Assembly: GCA_964525395.1 (NCBI GenBank)
Contig: CAZGGU010000002.1
Coordinates: 30,263 to 94,262, forward strand
Direction of reading: 5' to 3'
Origin: an uncultured Gammaproteobacteria bacterium
Lineage (GTDB): Bacteria > Patescibacteriota > Microgenomatia > Levybacterales > UBA12049
Length of the DNA: 64,000 nucleotides
Shown here: piece by piece, positions 27,054-35,436 of the stretch
Layout of the letters: each line of letters starts with the position of its first letter
Position numbering within the stretch: position 1 is the first letter of the stretch
Position numbers and translations under genes: made by a program
The notes under the pieces: generated by a model
Database searches by the model: none
Told to the model about the DNA's origin: nothing
Seen by the model: only the letters and a program-made list of their open reading frames with translations

Positions 27054-28625
27054 TTAATGGCCACTACCGTACGGTTTCGTAAATCCTGAATATATCATTG
27101 CCTTCGCAAGAATATTAGTTCCTTTTCCACCTCCATGTTGAGCATGTACGTTCCTTGCCCATGTGTCAGCTGCAGTCTTTGGAATTCCTAAGTATTTTCC
27201 GCCAACTCCGAGTGGTCCCATAATATTTCCAAAATTAACACCTGGAGCTTTGAACGCATCTTTAGTGGTGGTTAAGACATTTGGTAGCATTAAAATAAAT
27301 CCAAGACCAACTATTGCCCCGATTGCTTCGGTATTCGTTCCGCCAACCAGTGGGGGAACGAATCTCGTTACAGAGTCGCCATTAAAGGATTCAATGAAGT
27401 AGGAGGCAAGTAGGAAAAAAGCTACAGCTACTGGATAAACGGCTAAATTGGCTAAAAGATCTTTAATCCATACTCCTATCCCAGCTTTGGAGCCTGGCAT
27501 AACTCCAGCGATAATCCAAAATGGAGCAAAAATAATATCAAGAATTAAGTTTACATAGGCAACAACGAGTACGACCCAAACCCTAAATAAACAGACAACT
27601 ACCGCAATGGCAATAATTAAAAATGCTAGGATGTTTACAATCACACCAACTACGCCACCAATTATATTTCCCACAATATCTCCATTGCCGAAGTTAGAAG
27701 ATGGACCAGTAAAGACTGATTTGATAACTTCAGCAAAAGCAGATGATACTTGTCCTGCGATTCCCAGTATTCCGCCATTTTCACTAAAAGCGGCATTAGC
27801 TGCATTAAAAGGATTAGAGGCTCCCACGACTGCATTAGCAGCTTCAGGAGACACTACAGTTGAGGTAGCGCTTTGGATGACAAAAGCAAAAAGGTAGGTA
27901 GCTACGAACATGATATCAATGAGTAATCCGGCGATTGCAAATGAGAAGGTAACTGCAATTATTCCCATAATTATTTTGGGTAATTGATTTTGAATGGTCA
28001 TCACGTCATGTGCGTCAATATGGACCCTAAGCATTATTCCAAGACCGACAACGACGAAGGCGAGAATTAGAATTAAGTAGACAATATTTCTCATAGCCAC
28101 CCACAGTGGAAGAACGGGCTGGAGGCCGCAAAAGCCAACTCCTCTAGAAAGATTTTTACATGGATCAGTATTTTCTTGAGCATAAACTTTATCTCCTACG
28201 CCGAAATTACCTTTAAGATATGCAGTATATTGAGTAAAAGAGGCGGGCGGGGTAAAAGTCATATCAATTGCCTTTCCCATAACGGCGATTAAACCTCCCC
28301 CATTTTCTACATAACCGATTTTACCTGTTTCTGGATTTACACCTAGACACTGTGTGCCTGGTCTGGTTGGGTCCACTCCTGTGAGTTGGCAAGCCATAGC
28401 CGACATGGTTTCGATAAGTAGTATCTGAACTCCATTATGCATGTTCATTTCTACATTCGCTTCAGCATCTAAATTTTCTGTTTGTATATCAGCTTGAGGA
28501 GTAGTGGCCTCAATTTCATCAAGTGTTCCTGGAGTTTGCGCATAGGTTTTATGTGAAATTCCAGCGAAAAGAGCGAGGAATAAAAAGAAAGCAAGAAAAA
28601 ATAATTTCTGGGCAGAAATTCTCAT
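27054..28625 (-). CDS. VirB6/TrbL-like polytopic membrane protein
   Basis: Signal peptide then large periplasmic-type domain, then >=7 hydrophobic helices and Gly-rich C-tail; architecture of VirB6/TrbL/PrgH family; adjacent to T4SS genes. Confidence 0.5.
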   Translation of the reverse strand: MRISAQKLFFLAFFLFLALFAGISHKTYAQTPGTLDEIEATTPQADIQTENLDAEANVEMNMHNGVQILLIETMSAMACQLTGVDPTRPGTQCLGVNPETGKIGYVENGGGLIAVMGKAIDMTFTPPASFTQYTAYLKGNFGVGDKVYAQENTDPCKNLSRGVGFCGLQPVLPLWVAMRNIVYLILILAFVVVGLGIMLRVHIDAHDVMTIQNQLPKIIMGIIAVTFSFAIAGLLIDIMFVATYLFAFVIQSATSTVVSPEAANAVVGASNPFNAANAAFSENGGILGIAGQVSSAFAEVIKSVFTGPSSNFGNGDIVGNIIGGVVGVIVNILAFLIIAIAVVVCLFRVWVVLVVAYVNLILDIIFAPFWIIAGVMPGSKAGIGVWIKDLLANLAVYPVAVAFFLLASYFIESFNGDSVTRFVPPLVGGTNTEAIGAIVGLGFILMLPNVLTTTKDAFKAPGVNFGNIMGPLGVGGKYLGIPKTAADTWARNVHAQHGGGKGTNILAKAMIYSGFTKPYGSGH

Positions 28626-28667
28626 TAATTTCAGTTTGATTTATTTGAGGAAATAAGTCAATAGAAA

Positions 28668-28676
28668 TGATATAAT
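28668..28676 (+). promoter_or_regulatory. extended -10 element TGATATAAT upstream of tRNA-Ser
   Basis: tgatataat 18 nt upstream of tRNA 5' end. Confidence 0.45.
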
Positions 28677-28694
28677 ATTGAGGCTAAAATTTTA

Positions 28695-28781
28695 GGAGAG
28701 GTCGCATAGTGGTCTAGTGCGGATGTCTTGAAAACATCTGTGGGTGCAAGCCTACCGCGAGTTCGAATCTCGCTCTCTCCG
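28695..28781 (+). tRNA. tRNA-Ser (anticodon UGA), type II long variable arm
   Basis: Acceptor GGAGAGG/TCTCTCC, D-arm GCA-TAGTGGTCTAG-TGC, anticodon stem GATGT/ACATC with loop CTTGAAA, T-arm GCGAG-TTCGAAT-CTCGC. Confidence 0.85.
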
Positions 28782-28815
28782 CATATAGCGAGATGAGAAG
28801 TTTATGGTGAGCTTG

Positions 28816-28843
28816 TCGAATCCAAATCTCGCTCTCTCCGCAC
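28816..28843 (+). repeat. direct repeat of the tRNA-Ser 3' end (tcgaatc..atctcgctctctccgca), att-like remnant
   Basis: 17-nt perfect repeat of 28767-28783 at 28827-28843 plus upstream tcgaatc; also hairpin atctcgct/agcgagat at 28767-28790. Confidence 0.6.
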
Positions 28844-28878
28844 TAGAATAAAATTCCTCCTAATGATAAACTAAATTT

Positions 28879-29391
28879 ATGGAGTCTGCTCAGCCTCTTC
28901 ATCATGAAACTAAAACCCTGCTTTCTTGGAGCGCGTATGGTAGGCCTTATGTAAGGCGAGGAAAACAGTTTTATTTAACCGCCACACTTCTAGCGATTTT
29001 AATTTGTATTATTCTTTTTCTTTTTCATCAATACTTATTTATATTTTTAGTTGGTTCGTTTCTTTTTGTAGCTTTTGCTTTTGCATACACGCCTCCGAAA
29101 AATTATCATTATAAAATTTCGAGTGAAGGCATACTTATTGAAAAGAAGTTTTATCTCTGGGAAGAGCTTTATGACTTTTATTTTATGAAGAAGAATGGGG
29201 AGGAAATATTGTATGTTAGGACTGAATCATTTTATCCAGGAGCTTTAGTAATTCCACTTGGAGAACTGCCCAAAGACCAGGTAAAGCAGGCAATTATCAA
29301 TTATCTTCCCTATAGAGAATATGTAGAGCCTACGTTTATGGATAAATCAGGAGATTGGCTGGTAAAAAATTTTCCTCTTGAGAAAAATTAG
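28879..29391 (+). CDS. membrane protein, two TM + C-terminal bacterial PH-like domain
   Basis: Two hydrophobic helices LLAILICIILFLF / IFLVGSFLFVAFAFA; C-term resembles YdbS/YdbT-type bPH fold (weak). Confidence 0.35.
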   Translation: MESAQPLHHETKTLLSWSAYGRPYVRRGKQFYLTATLLAILICIILFLFHQYLFIFLVGSFLFVAFAFAYTPPKNYHYKISSEGILIEKKFYLWEELYDFYFMKKNGEEILYVRTESFYPGALVIPLGELPKDQVKQAIINYLPYREYVEPTFMDKSGDWLVKNFPLEKN

Positions 29392-29476
29392 CGGAGGGTA
29401 CAGGATTTGAACCTGTGAAGAGCTTTCACCCTCGGGTTTTCGAAACCCGTGCAATTGGCCACTATGCGAACCCTCC
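29392..29476 (-). tRNA. tRNA-Ser (anticodon CGA), type II
   Basis: Reverse complement GGAGGGT-TC-GCA-TAGTGGCCAAT-TGC-A-CGGGT-TTCGAAA-ACCCG-long V arm-ACAGG-TTCAAAT-CCTGT-ACCCTCC-G. Confidence 0.8.
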
Positions 29477-29493
29477 TCAAGTTATATATTTTG

Positions 29494-29567
29494 TACCCTC
29501 GAATGGAGTCGAACCATCGGCCTTAGCGTCCGCAACGCTACGCTCTATCCAGCTGAGCTACGAGGGC
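29494..29567 (-). tRNA. tRNA-Arg (anticodon GCG by my folding)
   Basis: Reverse complement GCCCTCG-TA-GCTC-AGCTGGATA-GAGC-G-TAGCG-TTGCGGA-CGCTA-AGGCC-GATGG-TTCGACT-CCATT-CGAGGGT-A; D-arm identical to canonical tRNA-Arg. Confidence 0.7.
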
Positions 29568-29684
29568 ATGTTTATATTATATCAATAAATAAGCTTATAA
29601 GATAATTTTTGTAATCTTTTTATAAAGTTAATATCAAGCCTCATTAATCTTTAAGAGCTAAACTACGCTTAGAAAGGAGAAGAT

Positions 29685-29903
29685 ATGTATCCCAAAGAAG
29701 GACAAATAAAAATTCAGGAAGCATTAGCAGAAGCAGAGCAGATTGTGTTTGAAGAGCAATATACAGCTGCTCAGGAAGAAGCAGAAGAAGCTGAGCTTGA
29801 GCAAAGACTTATGGAAGTAGAATTAGCAGCAGCAGCGCAGGAAGAAGCAGAGAGACAAGCTGAGATTACTCAAGAAAAAATTGCAGAAGTTGTAGGAGTG
29901 TAA
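29685..29903 (+). CDS. small highly acidic coiled-coil protein (72 aa)
   Basis: ORF with RBS-like aggagaag upstream; E/A/Q-rich. Confidence 0.3.
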   Translation: MYPKEGQIKIQEALAEAEQIVFEEQYTAAQEEAEEAELEQRLMEVELAAAAQEEAERQAEITQEKIAEVVGV

Positions 29904-29904
29904 C

Positions 29905-30237
29905 ATGAAAGAATTAAAAGACTTAATGAAAGATGTCGAGCGAGATCTTTTAATAGGAATAGTGATCTCAGTAAAACATAAACGATTGACTCTAAAAGAG
30001 TCAGAGAAAATTGCGAAAGAGTTTATAGAGGAAAAAACGGAAGATTATGAAAAACTTTTCAAAAAACTCTTTGAAATGGGTAAGAAATATAAAATAGTCA
30101 GAAAAATTTATGTTAAATATGCGCCGGAATATGAATATATGAAAAAAGAAAGGGACTTAAAAATTATGAGAAATTACATAGAAGAAAAAGATTATGAATC
30201 TGCCATTGAATTCGTGAAAGGAAACTATGGATACTAA
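29905..30237 (+). CDS. small K/E-rich hypothetical protein (110 aa)
   Basis: ORF immediately following previous (2-nt gap). Confidence 0.3.
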   Translation: MKELKDLMKDVERDLLIGIVISVKHKRLTLKESEKIAKEFIEEKTEDYEKLFKKLFEMGKKYKIVRKIYVKYAPEYEYMKKERDLKIMRNYIEEKDYESAIEFVKGNYGY

Positions 30238-30745
30238 TTTTGAGTCAACAACTCAAACTATTTCATCTCAGCCACCAGTTATCGAGCCCATTGAGGCTGG
30301 GGATTTAGACCTCCCAGTGATTGATAAGAAGGGAGACTCTCTGAGAATTACCTCTCAAGCACTTGAAGATTTTGAAGCCGAAGGGGAATCAATTATGAGT
30401 ATTCCGGGCTCACCTCATGAAAAACTTGCAGCATTAGCAGGAGGGAATATAATGCTCGAAGAGTTAAGAAAGGGAGGGAGTAAAAAAGAAAATAAAACAG
30501 ACAAAGCTCAAGAACTCAGCTTAGAGGAAAGAGTGTTAAAACTCCAAGAGGAGTTATTAAAATTGATGATTGCCAGAATGAAAGCAGAGAAAAAAGATCC
30601 TAAGAAAGAAGACGAAATTTATAAAAAACTGAAAAAACTTCTAGAGGAGGCAGAAGGGGAAGGTAAGGCTAATATTCTTCAGTCGCTCATGAATATCACA
30701 TTTATGCTTTATATGATTTCGAATGAAAATTCTTCAAGAGCTTAA
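30227..30745 (+). CDS. hypothetical protein (172 aa), acidic N-half, K/E coiled-coil, hydrophobic C-terminus
   Basis: ORF overlapping previous by 11 nt; C-term ILQSLMNITFMLYMIS. Confidence 0.3.
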   Translation: MDTNFESTTQTISSQPPVIEPIEAGDLDLPVIDKKGDSLRITSQALEDFEAEGESIMSIPGSPHEKLAALAGGNIMLEELRKGGSKKENKTDKAQELSLEERVLKLQEELLKLMIARMKAEKKDPKKEDEIYKKLKKLLEEAEGEGKANILQSLMNITFMLYMISNENSSRA

Positions 30746-30753
30746 ATATTTTC

Positions 30754-30762
30754 TGGTATAAT
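30754..30762 (+). promoter_or_regulatory. extended -10 element TGGTATAAT upstream of tRNA-Ser(GGA)
   Basis: tggtataat 18 nt upstream of tRNA 5' end. Confidence 0.45.
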
Positions 30763-30780
30763 ACGCACACACTAAGAACT

Positions 30781-30867
30781 GGAGAGTTCGCATAGTGGTC
30801 TAGTGCGTTCGCTTGGAAAGCGGATGTGGTCGTAAGGCTACCGGGAGTTCGAATCTCCCACTCTCCG
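30781..30867 (+). tRNA. tRNA-Ser (anticodon GGA), type II
   Basis: GGAGAGT-TC-GCA..TGC-G-TTCGC-TTGGAAA-GCGGA-long V arm-GGGAG-TTCGAAT-CTCCC-ACTCTCC-G. Confidence 0.85.
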
Positions 30868-30881
30868 CAGTTAAAGTCTTA

Positions 30882-31322
30882 TTATCCTTGAGGGATCAAT
30901 TGTTTGGCTTCTTTCCACACTCTTTTATCAGAAGGGTAAGTTAGTCGTTTTTCTACTTCTTCCGCTGGAATCCATTCAACATTTTCCATTTCTTCATCGT
31001 GAATTGCTGTGTCTCCACCAGTAGCTCTCATCAAGAAATAATAAACGGTTTTTTTAATTTCTTCTTTTTCATTTTCTCCATTCCAAAAATATGTATACCA
31101 AATAGGTGACAGGGGTCGCTCAATTATAGCCTCTATTCCTGTTTCTTCTTTAACTTCGCGAACAGCTGTTTCTTCTTTTTCTTCGTGGGCTATATCCTCA
31201 CGGTCGCCAATAAGTCCTTTCGGGAAAACCCAGCCATGATGATAGGAGTGTTGGCAAACAAGGATCATGAGATTGGGATCAAATTTATAAACTACGCCAC
31301 CCGCAGAAGATTCTTCAGTCAT
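30882..31322 (-). CDS. NUDIX hydrolase
   Basis: Nudix box GWVFPKGLIGDREDIAHEEKEETAVREVKEETGI (G.5E.7REV.EE.GI). Confidence 0.8.
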   Translation of the reverse strand: MTEESSAGGVVYKFDPNLMILVCQHSYHHGWVFPKGLIGDREDIAHEEKEETAVREVKEETGIEAIIERPLSPIWYTYFWNGENEKEEIKKTVYYFLMRATGGDTAIHDEEMENVEWIPAEEVEKRLTYPSDKRVWKEAKQLIPQG

Positions 31323-31339
31323 GGAGAGATTATATCAGA

Positions 31340-32425
31340 TTAAAAGGTAATTCTTTCACAAGAGAGATGTGGGATAAGAACAATCATGTGGAAGAATCTC
31401 ACAGGAGTGTAGTTTAATTGGCATCTAAAGATTGGTCCATGAACTATTACTTTTGGAGTAGGTGTAGGAATTCCAGGGGTTGGGGAAAGTGTAACTGTAG
31501 GAGTCATGGTTGGTGAAGTAGTAGGCGTGGAAGTTGGACTTACGCTTGGCATGTTGGTAGGGGAAACAGTCGGAGAATTACTTGGCATAGGGCTCATGGT
31601 TGGAGAAGCAGATGGCTCGTTTGATGGGGTTGGAGAAGCAGTAGCTGAAGGATTTACGCTAGGAGTCATGGTTGGTGATGCGCTTGGAGTAATAGTGGGC
31701 ATTGGGGTGGCAGTAGCTCCACCGGGAGTTTCAGTTCCTGATGCTTTATTCTGAGACTGTGTAAGAACTCTAACTACGAAATCATTAATGTTATTTTCTG
31801 TGTCTTCGCCATTTCCATTAGCTTCATCAGGTCCCCCAAAAGCCATAGTTGAAGTAGTAGAGCTTGCATTAGCTTTTCTTTCTACGCTTTGTCCTGGTTC
31901 AGGGTTGGTGAGAGGATTTCCCTCGCCAAGAGTATTAATGACAGTTCCAAAGGTTACTGCATCTACGAGTGCGCCAGTATCGATTGCCCCATCTCTTAGG
32001 CCGATACTGTTATTGTCTGCAATTGTTGCGCTTGTAGCCCTGTCGCAGGAAAGAGTAGCAACGAGATCATTATTGCACCAAAGAAAATATCCGTTGGCTG
32101 GTATTACATCACCGTCATTAAAAGCAACTATGCTGTCGTCAGCATCTCCAGTAGAAGACCTTTTTACTAGTCGATATTCTTTGAGGTCAACGTCTGAAGC
32201 GGTAGGATTATAAAGTTCTATGAAGTCATGGGTTGATGCGCCATCTTCTCCTGTTTGAACTTCTGAAATTACTACATGATTAGCAGTAGCAGCAGAAGCG
32301 AAATGGGATTTTTGAAAGAAAAGAAAACCTACGAAGAGAATTATGAAGATTCCTAGAAAAGCTGGCAGTAGTCTTTTCATTACTTTATGTATAATCCTAT
32401 TTTTCAGCTCTGTCAACTGAGTCAA
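31340..32425 (-). CDS. secreted/anchored protein with lamin-tail domain (LTD) and long Pro/Thr/Ser-rich repeat linker
   Basis: N-term TM; [38 protein letters not shown] matches LTD signature; 31440-31760 encodes SPT(M/V)xPS-type repeats. Confidence 0.55.
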   Translation of the reverse strand: MTQLTELKNRIIHKVMKRLLPAFLGIFIILFVGFLFFQKSHFASAATANHVVISEVQTGEDGASTHDFIELYNPTASDVDLKEYRLVKRSSTGDADDSIVAFNDGDVIPANGYFLWCNNDLVATLSCDRATSATIADNNSIGLRDGAIDTGALVDAVTFGTVINTLGEGNPLTNPEPGQSVERKANASSTTSTMAFGGPDEANGNGEDTENNINDFVVRVLTQSQNKASGTETPGGATATPMPTITPSASPTMTPSVNPSATASPTPSNEPSASPTMSPMPSNSPTVSPTNMPSVSPTSTPTTSPTMTPTVTLSPTPGIPTPTPKVIVHGPIFRCQLNYTPVRFFHMIVLIPHLSCERITF

Positions 32426-32440
32426 AAGAGGTCAAATGCT

Positions 32441-32533
32441 TGGCGGAGGAGATGGGATTTGAACCCATGTGAGCGTTATTCACACTCAGGAATTTAGCAA
32501 ACTCCCGCAATGGACCAACTATGCGACTCCTCC
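32441..32533 (-). tRNA. tRNA-Ser (anticodon GCU), type II, CCA encoded
   Basis: Reverse complement GGAGGAG-TC-GCA..TGC-G-GGAGT-TTGCTAA-ATTCC-long V arm-ATGGG-TTCAAAT-CCCAT-CTCCTCC-G-CCA. Confidence 0.8.
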
Positions 32534-32673
32534 TCGTCAAAGCATGACCTTTTGTCTTCATTAAGCTAAAGCTTAATTTCGACTTGAGGGGCATCTTTTC
32601 CTCTTAAAATTCTTTCAGAATTTTATAGAACCCGAGACTAGTGGTTATTATATCATTTGAAGGCTAGAAAAAC

Positions 32674-33048
32674 TTGCAATTTCTCCACAAACAATCAATA
32701 CTAATATATAGTATGCCGCTTGAAGAAAGTGAAAAATTGGAGTTGGAAAAAAGAATGGTGGATTTGATGCTAGATCAAATGGCGGAAGGAAAGCTAACAG
32801 ACAACCAAGCACAATCTATTTCCAGATATTGCGAAGAAAGCTTGAAAAACGTGAAGAATAAACAGCATCTCTCAGAATTCCTCTCAGTTTTAGTCAGTAA
32901 ATATCCTTTTTTCCAAAGCATTCAAGCTTCAGAGCAAGGTAAAGTGGACGAAGCGGTAGATAAAGAGGTTCATGAGGGAGCCTTAGTACTCGCTCAGCAC
33001 GGAAAGATCGAGGAGGCGATCAAGCTGACCCAAACAGCTACCAATTAG
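32674..33048 (+). CDS. hypothetical acidic protein (124 aa)
   Basis: ORF directly upstream (2-nt gap) of the 598-aa tail-anchored protein. Confidence 0.35.
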   Translation: MQFLHKQSILIYSMPLEESEKLELEKRMVDLMLDQMAEGKLTDNQAQSISRYCEESLKNVKNKQHLSEFLSVLVSKYPFFQSIQASEQGKVDEAVDKEVHEGALVLAQHGKIEEAIKLTQTATN

Positions 33049-33049
33049 T

Positions 33050-34846
33050 ATGCCAGACGAGCAGATATTAGCCCAAGCTACACTTGAGAAAAACCCTATT
33101 CCTTCAGGAGGAGTGTTATCTCCTGATCAGCAGCGTGCAAAAGATATTAGAATAAAAATGGGAGAAGGTAAGGGGCTATCTGCTTTTGATGCTGCAATAA
33201 GCTCCTCACAAAGAGTTGAGGTTGGAGCAAGAACGAAAACGCTAGATGCGAATTTTGGAATTGATCGCGATCCCACAACTGGTGCTAAAAAGAGAGACGC
33301 TGCAGCTGAGCCTGGCTCTCAAGATAGATATGATCGTGCCCAAAAAGCCCTTCAACAAGCTGAAGAAATACTTAGTGTTGGTTTAACCACAGACAGAGAT
33401 GCTTTGCTTGCAAATTTGGAAAGCGCTATGTCTGTTTTGCCAGGATATAGTGATTACTTGTCTACAATTTCTGATCCTAATATTCGAAAAGCTATGGTCG
33501 AAGATCTTCTAAGAAACCCAAAATTAATGGAAAAGATCCGAGCTGGGCATGATCGAGTGACTGCTGAATCAGCGAGATTAAAAGATGAAGTAACAGAAGC
33601 CAAGAAAAAAGCAGACGAGGCAGAAGCAGCTAGGGTTAAGAAGCAGGGAGAAAGAGATGCTGTTAGCGGGAAAGGCGGTACCCTTGATTCAGCTAGGACA
33701 GCAGAGCTGAGTTTTGCTGACACTAGTACGGCAGGAGCAAAGGGAACAGAATTAGAAGTTCTTCAGAAAGATTCTACAGGAGCTCCAAGAGATCTGGAGG
33801 CAGAAGAAAGAGATGCCTTGAATGCTAGAAATCGTGCAAAGACGCTATTCGATGCTAGAAATAAGAGATTTGCAGATGTGCAAGTGGCAGGAAAAGTTCC
33901 AGGCAATAAAGAATATGACGAAGCTGAAGGATTATTGAATGTTGCTCAAAGAGATTTAAGCAATTCTGAAAATAGTTATTCGAGAGCAAGAAAAGATAAA
34001 GCAAGAAGAACAGAGCTTGAGAAAGAGAAGGCAGAGCTTCCTGGAAAAATAAGACAGCTTGAGGCTGATGAAATTAGATTGATCGGTGAATATTCTGATG
34101 CTGAAAAAGCAGCTTTAATAGCTAGGGCAGACTTAAACTCTAAACAAGTAGATCGAGCTGCAGCTGAAGAGGCATACGCTTCGAATGCTGAAAGAGTAGT
34201 ACCCGATGCTCTCAGAGATCACTTAAGAGAGCAGATGCATGCAGCAGATGAGGCGAATAGAGCGCTTCTGGATAAAATGGAAACAGATGCTAGAACAGCG
34301 GGAGAAAAAAATATAGTTAAGCAAATTAAGGAAAGATATTTAACGAAAAAAAGAAATTTACGTGGTAACGAAGAATTAGCTTTTGATAAAAATAAAGCTA
34401 AGGAAGATGTTGCCTTCTTTATGAACGGTGGAACTCCGGACAAAATGGTACAAGCGGCTTTAGAGGCGACTTATGGTGCCGGAAGTCCAAAGGTTGCTGA
34501 GTTTATGGCAAAGCCAGACTTCGTTTCTACGTATGGAAATGAGATAGTAAAGCAGGCTTTTATGAGATATGTGGCTGATGGTGGTAAGATATCTGCTGCA
34601 CAACAAGCATATATCGAGGCTCAGCCATGGGGTCAAGGCTTAATCGAATCTGCTTTATCTGCCCCAAGCGTTAAAGCTAAAGAAAAAGAACTTAAAGAAA
34701 AAGGATTACTGCCTTCAGGTGGTTTCGTGGAGTTAGTAAAAAATAATAAAGGTAAAATTGGATTAGGTATATTGCTTATGATCGCGATGGGGCTATTGGC
34801 TCCTACTGCCATTCCTATGATCGCTGGTGCGGTGGGTGCGGTATAA
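33050..34846 (+). CDS. 598-aa charged coiled-coil protein with C-terminal hydrophobic anchor (tail-anchored), unknown function
   Basis: No signal peptide; extensive K/E/A/R coiled-coil; C-terminus IGLGILLMIAMGLLAPTAIPMIAGAVGAV. Confidence 0.45.
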   Translation: MPDEQILAQATLEKNPIPSGGVLSPDQQRAKDIRIKMGEGKGLSAFDAAISSSQRVEVGARTKTLDANFGIDRDPTTGAKKRDAAAEPGSQDRYDRAQKALQQAEEILSVGLTTDRDALLANLESAMSVLPGYSDYLSTISDPNIRKAMVEDLLRNPKLMEKIRAGHDRVTAESARLKDEVTEAKKKADEAEAARVKKQGERDAVSGKGGTLDSARTAELSFADTSTAGAKGTELEVLQKDSTGAPRDLEAEERDALNARNRAKTLFDARNKRFADVQVAGKVPGNKEYDEAEGLLNVAQRDLSNSENSYSRARKDKARRTELEKEKAELPGKIRQLEADEIRLIGEYSDAEKAALIARADLNSKQVDRAAAEEAYASNAERVVPDALRDHLREQMHAADEANRALLDKMETDARTAGEKNIVKQIKERYLTKKRNLRGNEELAFDKNKAKEDVAFFMNGGTPDKMVQAALEATYGAGSPKVAEFMAKPDFVSTYGNEIVKQAFMRYVADGGKISAAQQAYIEAQPWGQGLIESALSAPSVKAKEKELKEKGLLPSGGFVELVKNNKGKIGLGILLMIAMGLLAPTAIPMIAGAVGAV

Positions 34847-34854
34847 ATAAAAAA

Positions 34855-35412
34855 TTAAGCTTCGTAAGAGTAAATTTTTCCTGGAGTATGTTCGAATGAG
34901 CACATTTGCTCATCGCTCATTTTCTCGAAGTATTTTCTAATTGGACGTAGGGAATTTCCGCACGCGCAGATAAAAATTACATCATTTTGCCAAATGTTTA
35001 AGATTATTTCGTCGATAAATCCCTTAACGCGCTCATCTACCTGCTTAAGACTTTCCCCATTGGGTGGGGCAGCGTCATATGAGCGGTGCCACTTTTCAAA
35101 GTCTTTGGGATAAAGATGCTGGATGTTTGCCTTACTTTTTCCTGTAAGATCACCATAATCTCGCTCTAGCAGTCTAGGATCAGCCACCATTTCAAATTCC
35201 TTATGACCTTTAAGTGCTATTTCTAGAGTGGATTTGGTTCTAGTATTTGGAGCGCAGTAGGCCTTAGTGACCTTTTGATCTTTAAGAAAAACTCTTATTT
35301 CTTCAGCTTCTTTTTCACCCTCTTCGGTGAGCTTGGGATCTCGTCTGCCTGAAAAAACACCTGCTTTATTATCTTCAGTCTGTGCATGACGGAATAAAAA
35401 TATTTTTGCCAT
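34855..35412 (-). CDS. histidine phosphatase family protein (phosphoglycerate mutase-like)
   Basis: N-terminal LFRHAQTEDN (RHG catalytic motif), 185 aa. Confidence 0.65.
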   Translation of the reverse strand: MAKIFLFRHAQTEDNKAGVFSGRRDPKLTEEGEKEAEEIRVFLKDQKVTKAYCAPNTRTKSTLEIALKGHKEFEMVADPRLLERDYGDLTGKSKANIQHLYPKDFEKWHRSYDAAPPNGESLKQVDERVKGFIDEIILNIWQNDVIFICACGNSLRPIRKYFEKMSDEQMCSFEHTPGKIYSYEA

Positions 35413-35436
35413 AATACTATTATAGCAGGAGAAAAA

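Noticed and set aside
29685-30745. Possible toxin-antitoxin pair among the three small ORFs
   Set aside because: There is no recognisable toxin fold or motif (no RelE/ParE, PIN, HicA or similar), and the proteins are acidic and coiled-coil. Kept only as unknown ORFs.
31506-32213. Two + strand ORFs (82 and 141 aa) rich in Gly/Val/Glu repeats
   Set aside because: They are mirror-image ORFs of the SPT-repeat region of the LTD protein gene on the minus strand. No independent support.
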